Virus record (IMG/VR): IMGVR_UViG_3300049489_000444
Coordinates: 23,108 to 87,107 of that record
Reading direction: 5' to 3' (one strand)
DNA length: 64,000 nucleotides
Source of the DNA: a virus
Below the pieces are notes generated by a model. The model worked only from the letters and a program-made list of their open reading frames with translations, had not been told where the DNA came from and made no database searches. Shown one piece after another: positions 56,806-64,000 of this stretch. Made by a program: the position numbers and the translations under genes. Each line of letters starts with the position of its first letter. The first letter of the stretch is position 1.

Positions 56806-57315
56806 TCAAGTAGGTGTAACAAAACTTCCGCCATTCGGGACATCCACCGTGCCGCCAGACAGCGCAAACTGGTGGTTAAGTTTGACTTCCTGTAGGTTTG
56901 ATACCGGCGGTACAGTAGACCCAGACCTAACAAATACTTCCACAAAGTAAATGAAGTCAGTCGTGTCGAGAGCCTCGACCATGAGGCGACCGATGTTGTC
57001 GATATGTTCGTCGTCAGTCACGTTCTGATCTTGGTCCTGCATATCAATCAGGCTCTGGATAGCTTCTTGAACTTTTCTGGCCACCAGAGGTTTTCCAACA
57101 AGACCACTGAAAAACATCGGTGTTTGGAGGCTCGCCAGTTCGTTCCCGTAAGCCCGCCTGAATGCTCGTCCTGACCGGTTCGTTTGTTTGCGGTCAATCA
57201 TCAGGACTTCCGCGACATCCTGTGAGCACTTATCGACTCCAGATATGAGGCTGGGCATACCGGTCACTTCATTGATATCGAGATCTCCGTTTGATACCTT
57301 GAGTGTTGTGCTCAT
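56806..57315 (-). CDS. Baseplate wedge / sheath initiator (gp25/W-like)
   Basis: LKVSNGDL, GVDKCSQD, YGNEL, QEAIQSL..MQ......DEHI; directly upstream of J. Confidence 0.7.
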   Translation of the reverse strand: MSTTLKVSNGDLDINEVTGMPSLISGVDKCSQDVAEVLMIDRKQTNRSGRAFRRAYGNELASLQTPMFFSGLVGKPLVARKVQEAIQSLIDMQDQDQNVTDDEHIDNIGRLMVEALDTTDFIYFVEVFVRSGSTVPPVSNLQEVKLNHQFALSGGTVDVPNGGSFVTPT

Positions 57316-57360
57316 ATGTGCCTACCTAATGAGTTTAGAACTAAAAAAGTATATTGAAAG

Positions 57361-57900
57361 TCAGAACCCAGAGTACTCACTCAGGACGGCAGACCAACTC
57401 TTACGTTCCTTCTCGAGATCCTCTGATATCCCTTGATTGCTGAGTCGTTCCGCCAATACAGACACGCATACCATCTGATGCTTCGCACGTTCCATGGCCA
57501 GTACGACCTCGTCTTCGCCCAGTTGGGCGTCTCGCAACAGCAGACCAACTTCCCCGACTGAGGCGTATTCCCCAAACTGTTCTTTGAATGACGATAAGTC
57601 GGATGTGGCATCTTGGAGTTCTTCGTACTTGGCCGTGGCGTTGTCTCCGTCGACCCTAAGGGCTGCCCGCAGAACGCTATCGCGCTTCCTTTGTCGCTCG
57701 TTTTTTGGTGTCTGCTGTGAGGTCTTGGTGCGTGCCTGCTCGCGGGCCGAATCAGGGACCAGAATCAGGACAGCCTCAAAATCAGAACTGATCTCTGTTT
57801 CGAGCTTATCGTCGGCGTTGTAGTACGACGGTCTCCCGGTCTTCTTGCGACCTGCGTCGACCGTCGCGGCCTCCGTGGTATCATGGAATCTGATCGCCAT
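57361..57900 (-). CDS. Hypothetical helical protein in the baseplate operon
   Basis: 179 aa, GAGG RBS. Confidence 0.6.
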   Translation of the reverse strand: MAIRFHDTTEAATVDAGRKKTGRPSYYNADDKLETEISSDFEAVLILVPDSAREQARTKTSQQTPKNERQRKRDSVLRAALRVDGDNATAKYEELQDATSDLSSFKEQFGEYASVGEVGLLLRDAQLGEDEVVLAMERAKHQMVCVSVLAERLSNQGISEDLEKERKSWSAVLSEYSGF

Positions 57901-57907
57901 GTGAGCC

Positions 57908-60900
57908 TCAGTTCAGCACCAACAGGAAATTAGCGACGGGACCGATACAGGGAATAGAGGCGTCAACCGCCAGCTTGCTAGCTGACCCGCCTGTGAGTTC
58001 GACATTCACGGTAAACGATGTGATGGCCTGCAGGATCTTGCGAAGCAGGAGTTCGATGGTGTCGACGAGAGCCTGTAGACGGTCCAAGAGCAGGTCGAGT
58101 TGTGGCGGACATTGACGATCCGCTACAACCTTAGGCTGCTCGATCCCGCATACCCCACCACGGATGGCCGCAATAAGTGTCTTCGGGATACACAACAGTC
58201 TATTGAATCTGTCGACCACGACGGTCGACTGATTAAGAACACTGGTTGCCTGTTCAAGAAGATGTTTGAGCAATGATACCACGGAATCAATCTTGATGTG
58301 GAACGGACGTGCCGAGAAGCTTGCGCTGACGTTGGCCACGCATGGGATGTATTTGTCGAACGCGAGTTTTTGGTTTCCGATAGAGGCACTCTCGCGCAAC
58401 GCGAATGGTACAATTACCGCTGTAACTCGACGCAGTATGCGCGAGACGTTACCGAGCATGTCATCAATGATAGCAATTAGGGCCTGACAGTCCTTATCGG
58501 CTGCAGTCAGGATATCATCAGTGATGATGTCATCGGTCTTCGCGTACAGGGCCTTCCCGAGGTCGACTGTCTGGGCCGTTACCAGAGCCGGATTCAGCGG
58601 ACTTTGGTCGCCATCTACCGTGACGCCACCCGGAGCCGTGATGGCCTTCTGGATGGTTGCCGCGACGGTACCAAGGTCAGGTGACGTGTTGATCGGAATT
58701 ATGGTTGGTGCCGAGATACCGGCTGTCGTGTCGTCAGGTCGTGTGGCGATTTCGTTGATGTCTGTTGTCGTGATACCGATACTCTGAAGCTTGACAGAGA
58801 TGTCCGGCACTGGGATCACATAGACCTTAAGCTTGTCTGTGGTGGTCACAGCGAGTGCGTCGGCAATCTGGGCGCCAGTCATGCCCATGTTGCGCATCTT
58901 CTGGATGGACGCGTCCTCAACGCCAACCGAGCCTATCCACCAAAAACGCAACTTCAGTGCGTCGGTATTGCTGTATCCTGCCGCCATCGCGGCCGCGTTG
59001 AGGTTCTTGTTGATGCCGACGATGCGCTCGGTAACGAGCAATGTCGTCGACGGACGACCACAACTATCCACAGAGGCAATCTCTTGGTAATCTTCCGTAA
59101 GGGCAATCAGAACAAACGACTTCGTCGGCTTACCGACAATCAGCTTGTCGGCCGCGTCGGTACTACCAACAGTCTTGGCCAGCGCGTTATAGGCGCTCAT
59201 GTCGGTCGAACCTTTGACAAGAGGTTGCCCGTTAGCGGTCAGCATCCCCCACTTCGGCATGAGTCGATTCAGATGGTCAATATCGTATTGGAGTGCTGGG
59301 TCTGGTGTTCCGATGGTCTGAGCGAGTTGGCTCGTTGTCTTGACGGTAGGGTTGTCCAGACCGGCCAACATGTCATCCAGTTGGGCATTGACTTGGTCTG
59401 TCGTGATGGTCGCGGTATTGAGGCTTGATTTGTACTCGTAGTCGCAATACACGGTCTGTCCGTCAGTGATGTCGCTGAGGACGCTGCGCTGTATGCTCTT
59501 CCCTGCCGCGATGTAGTCAGGGAAACTACGCGAGAACATCCGACGAATCTTTGCGTCGTGGTCTGGCGATTCTCCTGTGTCTATCGGGGCCAAGTACATC
59601 GACAATGCATTCATGGATCCAATGAAATTTCGTGCTGGGAATTCTGCGTCGTGACCTACGTAGTAGTTGGCTACGATGTTTCTGGTCGTGATGTTCTCTG
59701 GCGCTACTCCGCCGGTAGGCCCAGGTTTGTGATCGAACACCTGAGTGTTGAAGGTGCCGTCCAACTTTCCGACATGAATCATGATACGGTGGCTTGAGAT
59801 ATCCCCATCGTATGCGGGTAGAGCCAGCGTCACTGCGGTGGACTTCAACGTCAGTTGCGTATCACTAGCGACGTTATCGATTTCATAGAAACGGTCATCG
59901 ACACTTACACCATCACCTACAAAACGGATGAATTTCCCTGCCCCAGACCCGAGACCAAACTTCGCCGTGAACCCACTACCGGTGACAATCAGGCTGCTGG
60001 CAGGCTTCGTGACGTGACCAAGATTCCTGTTACGTCGTTGAAATCCTACGAACAGGTAATCACCCAGCGACCACGCTACGTTGGTGTTAACTGCCTCGTG
60101 CACGACACGCTGGTCGCGTTCCCAATAGAAGCGTACCTTTGATGTGGCCTGCTCGACACTCAGCGCATACAGCGTGTTGCCCGTCTCTGGTTGGTAGACC
60201 ACCCCGGATGCCTTGCTGAAGGCGGTCCTCATAGTCGAGGCAGGATTTGAAGTACCGCTGTATTGTTCGGAAAGAGTCAGGACAAGTCCTGATATCCCGA
60301 TCACCTCGTAGACACGGTCAGGTTGAGCGCCGAAAACGATGCGATCAAACTTGACTAGACCGGCTGTGCTGGTAACGGTGATTTGACTGACCGTTCTACC
60401 CTCAACAACAGTCGTCGTTCCCGGTAAGGACGCCGTTCCGTTTAACGGGTCTGGGCTGGCCGGCGACGAGAACGAAAAGACCACACGTTCAGATGCGCTG
60501 GTCGGTTTGACCCAGGCCCAGGCACACAAGTCGTTATGCACGAGCATCTGCGACAGCGAGATTGTCGAGATGGCTACCTTCGTTGGCAGTACGAAGTACG
60601 CTGAACCATCAAATGTCCGTGAATAACCGAGCGGACCTTCCGCGGTTGACGTGCTTGGTGCCGAGCCAGTTACCAGTTTCGGATTTTTACCGTAGAACGA
60701 AGAATCGATCAGATCGTCAGTTGCGGCAGATGCTGAGCCGTCTACATTCTGGAACAACCAATGACCGGTCGCGGCCTCGTAGGTTTCCTGCAGGCCTCCA
60801 CGGCCCTGAGTGATTGTCTCGCCGTTAGGTCCGGGAGAGGTATATTGTTTCTCGACTTTTGGTTCTTTGCGGTAGGTCAGCCCTTGCCCTTCAGGCATCG

Positions 60901-61132
60901 ATCGCACAACCAGGGTATCGGTTGGGGTTCTGATTGGCTCTTTGATGAGGGATGATGGGTTCTGCCCTGTGAGGGTGATGCTCTCGTCGCGGCGTTGACT
61001 TGTAAGGTCATTCAGTTTAACAAGTTCATCCTGAACTTCAGCCACGGCTTGCGCGACCGCCTCGCGAAACGTAAGGATCGCGTCAGCGCGTGTACCCTCT
61101 ATGGAACAAGAGCGATAACGGATCGATCCCAT
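57908..61132 (-). CDS. Virion protein with LamG/concanavalin-like domain and Cys-containing helical C-terminus
   Basis: GHWLF, FDGS.Y, WAWVKP, YVG...F.GSM..L..Y LamG pattern, interrupted by inserted beta domains. Confidence 0.6.
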   Translation of the reverse strand: MGSIRYRSCSIEGTRADAILTFREAVAQAVAEVQDELVKLNDLTSQRRDESITLTGQNPSSLIKEPIRTPTDTLVVRSMPEGQGLTYRKEPKVEKQYTSPGPNGETITQGRGGLQETYEAATGHWLFQNVDGSASAATDDLIDSSFYGKNPKLVTGSAPSTSTAEGPLGYSRTFDGSAYFVLPTKVAISTISLSQMLVHNDLCAWAWVKPTSASERVVFSFSSPASPDPLNGTASLPGTTTVVEGRTVSQITVTSTAGLVKFDRIVFGAQPDRVYEVIGISGLVLTLSEQYSGTSNPASTMRTAFSKASGVVYQPETGNTLYALSVEQATSKVRFYWERDQRVVHEAVNTNVAWSLGDYLFVGFQRRNRNLGHVTKPASSLIVTGSGFTAKFGLGSGAGKFIRFVGDGVSVDDRFYEIDNVASDTQLTLKSTAVTLALPAYDGDISSHRIMIHVGKLDGTFNTQVFDHKPGPTGGVAPENITTRNIVANYYVGHDAEFPARNFIGSMNALSMYLAPIDTGESPDHDAKIRRMFSRSFPDYIAAGKSIQRSVLSDITDGQTVYCDYEYKSSLNTATITTDQVNAQLDDMLAGLDNPTVKTTSQLAQTIGTPDPALQYDIDHLNRLMPKWGMLTANGQPLVKGSTDMSAYNALAKTVGSTDAADKLIVGKPTKSFVLIALTEDYQEIASVDSCGRPSTTLLVTERIVGINKNLNAAAMAAGYSNTDALKLRFWWIGSVGVEDASIQKMRNMGMTGAQIADALAVTTTDKLKVYVIPVPDISVKLQSIGITTTDINEIATRPDDTTAGISAPTIIPINTSPDLGTVAATIQKAITAPGGVTVDGDQSPLNPALVTAQTVDLGKALYAKTDDIITDDILTAADKDCQALIAIIDDMLGNVSRILRRVTAVIVPFALRESASIGNQKLAFDKYIPCVANVSASFSARPFHIKIDSVVSLLKHLLEQATSVLNQSTVVVDRFNRLLCIPKTLIAAIRGGVCGIEQPKVVADRQCPPQLDLLLDRLQALVDTIELLLRKILQAITSFTVNVELTGGSASKLAVDASIPCIGPVANFLLVLN

Positions 61133-61169
61133 AAGTCGATACCCCTAAGTTGGATTTCGCGATGTTGAG

Positions 61170-61544
61170 TTACTGGCGGGCCACACCGACGCCATGCGCC
61201 TCTTTGATCTTCAGCATACCTGCGATTCGTTGATGGATGTAGTCAGCGAATGTCCCAATTGAGGCCCCATAGGCCGCGTAGACCATCATCGGACTGGAGA
61301 TCTCTTGTGTCTTGAGGTAGGCGACCAAATAGTCAGGCCGCAACGGTACCAACACACCACTCAGCACCCCTAGCAGGATCGGAATGAGCGGGATGGCGAC
61401 CTCTTTCGCCCAAGCGAGCTTCAGTTTGTCTTGTCCGGCCATCAAAATGAATGCGTTCTTCATTGCCCGTGTTCCAACGTGAACACCGCAACTCAGTAGA
61501 AGTGACTGCCAGCAGTAGAGAATCTCAAGTGGTCCCAGTTCCAT
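61170..61544 (-). CDS. Holin-like membrane protein
   Basis: 124 aa with 2-3 hydrophobic segments (IPLIPILLGVLSGVLVP); AGGAGG RBS. Confidence 0.5.
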   Translation of the reverse strand: MELGPLEILYCWQSLLLSCGVHVGTRAMKNAFILMAGQDKLKLAWAKEVAIPLIPILLGVLSGVLVPLRPDYLVAYLKTQEISSPMMVYAAYGASIGTFADYIHQRIAGMLKIKEAHGVGVARQ

Positions 61545-62067
61545 GTGTTCCTCCTGTTTCTGCTTCATAGAACTTAAGGAGTTGGTCGGGCGTAACGACC
61601 TCTGGGTCATCGACAGTAAGATTCGGGTATGATTGACTGATGAGGCCGCGAGCGACCGCCTCAGAACAATACACGTTCGACTTCGACCTGAATGGGTTCT
61701 TCCATTGGCGTCTGAGGAATCGCCCAACCTGAACCCAAGCCGCGCCAAGCAGCCCAGCGAAGTCGTACATCGTACCTAGCCACTGCACGGAAAACAGCAG
61801 CGCATCATCTACATCATGCTTCGGCTGAATGATTGCAACAATCTTGTTCCTTTTTTGGAAGGTCGTAAACGGGATAAGACGATAACCAGTCTCGTGGGCA
61901 TCCATGACCATGTCGATGCCGAAATCTAGGTCATAGTAGATCCACCAAACATGTGAGCACTGCGCACCAGTCATGCTGCGAATCAAAGCTGAAACCGGAT
62001 TGTACCGCTGAGTGGACCACCCAATGCGGGTTTTTAGGTTTGGTCCATGATGTGCTGCGGCCATCAA
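61525..62067 (-). CDS. Permuted papain-like (NlpC/P60, YiiX/YebB-like) amidase
   Basis: SHVW His motif, G..YDF.GL, YCSEAVA Cys motif and VTPDQL, in permuted order. Confidence 0.8.
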   Translation of the reverse strand: MMAAAHHGPNLKTRIGWSTQRYNPVSALIRSMTGAQCSHVWWIYYDLDFGIDMVMDAHETGYRLIPFTTFQKRNKIVAIIQPKHDVDDALLFSVQWLGTMYDFAGLLGAAWVQVGRFLRRQWKNPFRSKSNVYCSEAVARGLISQSYPNLTVDDPEVVTPDQLLKFYEAETGGTHGTGTT

Positions 62068-62381
62068 ACTCTCCAGTGGTCAAGCGCATACCACGCGAAC
62101 AGTATACCGACCAGACACGTCAATGGATCGCTGATATACGAATTGAGGAAGCTCTCTGGTGTCTTCCAGAGGTGAGGCCAGCGTGGTTCAGCGTAGCGCT
62201 CGAATACCTCCCAGAGGTACGCTGTCACCATACAGACAAGCACCGCGCGCGGACGGTCGAACTTTCCGTCGAAGACGACCCAAATACAGTGTCCGAAGAA
62301 TATCCAGAACACCAAATGGAAGATGCTCCAGACATCAAGAAATGTTTGCCCTGTTCGTACGGGCCAGAACCAGTTCAACAT
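62064..62381 (-). CDS. Small integral membrane protein
   Basis: Three TM segments with D.WS..H, WEVFE and ES..N...D motifs. Confidence 0.65.
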   Translation of the reverse strand: MLNWFWPVRTGQTFLDVWSIFHLVFWIFFGHCIWVVFDGKFDRPRAVLVCMVTAYLWEVFERYAEPRWPHLWKTPESFLNSYISDPLTCLVGILFAWYALDHWRV

Positions 62382-62393
62382 TAGTCGCCCCCG

Positions 62394-63128
62394 TTACCAT
62401 ATCTTGGTTGTTCTGTATCGTTGACACTTTACTTCCCAAACGACCGTTACATCTCTGTCTGCCACAGTCTTTAGAGTAGCTTTGAACTTCCAGTGCGGAA
62501 GAAACGGCAACAACTCTACGTTGACGACATCGACCGATATTGCTCGGTTACCGAGAAGTTGAATACGATTTGATTGACGAGCCAATGGGATATCAGAAGT
62601 GTAGAGGTTGTAGCCTTGCTCCAGTGGATCAGCAGGGGCGCCTGGAGTAACATCGCCTAGCCCAAATGGAGGCTTGCTCCAAGAATAAAATGCAGGTTCT
62701 CCTACGCTGTTAGGGACCGGTACCTCTGTTCCGGGGACTACATTGTGGGTTCCAGAAGGCATCGGAACTATGACACTTAGCGGACCATCCTCCGTAGAGT
62801 ATCCGGTCGGGACAACAACTACGGAACCCTCACCGGGAGTTACTTCGACTACTTGAGTTGCTGGGGCATACGCCTCCGTAGAGAACTCGTCGCCAGCGCC
62901 AGCACCTGAGCACTGTCCAGATCCTCCGACCAATTTAACGACGTCATTGAATGACCACTCAAGCGTAGATGTTCCGGTAGTGGAGCGAGTCAATACGAAT
63001 GGGGAACCTTCACCACGTCCGTTCTCTGCGGGGTTATCACCAGCACCAGTGATGTAAAGGAAGGCGCCTTTGTCGAAAGCCAATGGGGCTACAAGAGGCA
63101 GACCGTCTAAAGTTTTTGGTGATCCCAT
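62394..63128 (-). CDS. Putative virion structural protein
   Basis: 244 aa, Gly/Pro/Thr-rich and beta-rich. Confidence 0.5.
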   Translation of the reverse strand: MGSPKTLDGLPLVAPLAFDKGAFLYITGAGDNPAENGRGEGSPFVLTRSTTGTSTLEWSFNDVVKLVGGSGQCSGAGAGDEFSTEAYAPATQVVEVTPGEGSVVVVPTGYSTEDGPLSVIVPMPSGTHNVVPGTEVPVPNSVGEPAFYSWSKPPFGLGDVTPGAPADPLEQGYNLYTSDIPLARQSNRIQLLGNRAISVDVVNVELLPFLPHWKFKATLKTVADRDVTVVWEVKCQRYRTTKIW

Positions 63129-63770
63129 TTAAGCCTCTAAGTGGACTTGAGAGTACAAAAATGCAAAATCAAACGTACCCACAGTAGTGGTTGTGTCGCA
63201 TTTGATATGGACGCCCTCTCCTTGACGGACCGTTATAGGTTTGCATTTGTCTGCTCTTTTGAATACTGGAAAATGTCTGGCAAATGCGGCGTCCATACCT
63301 TCTGTATCTAGAGTACCCGGACCCCATTCATCACTTGACGACATAAACCTGTCTAGCACTTGTGTAGCCTCACCAGTAACGGTAGCGCCTGTTCTGATCG
63401 TTATAGATTGTGATGATACGTCGTTCGTATCGTACGCTACGCTATCCACCAATGTTCCACCAGAGTGCGTCGAAATTCTGAATGTCTTGAACGACGTGGC
63501 TACGCCAGTGACGGCTGACGTCTGGGTAGGTTTGACCCATATCTCGTGTATTCTACAGATGATACGACTGCCAGTTACGTTCTGTAGTGACAGCATGCTC
63601 TTGCTGGTGCCACACACCACGTTCAGCGCGGTGGCTTTGAATACAGGCTCCTCGTCCGGCTCCAACGGTTCCCCCGATGAGGACAGGGTTACCAACAAGG
63701 ATCCATTACGAGTTAGGCCAGCGCGCCGGCCTGTGCCCCTACCATCTTTGATGAATACGCCAGCCGTCAC
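63129..63770 (-). CDS. Putative virion structural protein
   Basis: 213 aa, beta-rich (IKDGRGTG..A.....G.L.V; PITVRQGEG). Confidence 0.5.
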   Translation of the reverse strand: MTAGVFIKDGRGTGRRAGLTRNGSLLVTLSSSGEPLEPDEEPVFKATALNVVCGTSKSMLSLQNVTGSRIICRIHEIWVKPTQTSAVTGVATSFKTFRISTHSGGTLVDSVAYDTNDVSSQSITIRTGATVTGEATQVLDRFMSSSDEWGPGTLDTEGMDAAFARHFPVFKRADKCKPITVRQGEGVHIKCDTTTTVGTFDFAFLYSQVHLEA

Positions 63771-63772
63771 GG

Positions 63773-64000
63773 TCAGGCCCCGCCGTCTTCTTCCAAATAC
63801 CCGAATACGAGCGTCAGTGCGTAGTTCTGAGAGGTGTTGCCAGCCGGTGGCTGCACCGTGCAGGCGAGCGAAGACCCAGGAGAAAGCACAAATTTTAGTT
63901 CAAAGTCTCGCTGTTCCTGCGCCTTCAAAATGCGGGCTGCCAGTTCTGTACCTCCGGTCACCGTTGACCCTGTCGTTCCACGGTACATGGTGGCCGCAGG
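63773..64000 (-). CDS. 3' end of a putative virion protein (5' truncated by the window)
   Basis: Open frame to the window edge; FVLSPGSSLA resembles the neighbouring gene. Confidence 0.5.
   Translation of the reverse strand, partial: PAATMYRGTTGSTVTGGTELAARILKAQEQRDFELKFVLSPGSSLACTVQPPAGNTSQNYALTLVFGYLEEDGGA

Noticed and set aside
62132-62139. TGATATAC operator half-site
   Set aside because: A single half-site inside a CDS, with no partner arm or promoter.
1-64000. Stop-codon reassignment, tRNAs, DGR/reverse transcriptase, integrase
   Set aside because: Long genes are intact in the standard code, intergenic gaps are short, and no such motifs were recognised by eye; covariance and profile searches were not run.

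Overview
This 64 kb window comes from a large (jumbo-type) myovirus genome; coding is dense, mostly on the minus strand and in the standard genetic code. From left to right: (i) a contractile-tail module (tape measure, tail-assembly chaperone with a -1 frameshift, tube, very large sheath, tail-completion-like protein); (ii) a nucleic-acid metabolism block (oligoribonuclease, type IIA topoisomerase A/B, ThyX, UDG-like-fused family A DNA polymerase); (iii) a divergent accessory island at about 24-34 kb; (iv) baseplate, tail-fibre, lysis and other virion genes, with a GIY-YIG homing endonuclease. The island has five sigma70-type promoters, three of which carry the same palindromic operator. Its left arm encodes a RavA/ViaA-like MoxR-vWA pair, a DUF6744-like protein and a Pex14 N-terminal-like protein. 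Its right arm encodes an AAA+ ATPase, an HTH regulator, two SAM-lyase-like paralogs and an ADP-ribosyltransferase-fold protein. This operator-controlled island is the best candidate for an undescribed system. All family assignments come from motifs recognised by eye; no searches were run.
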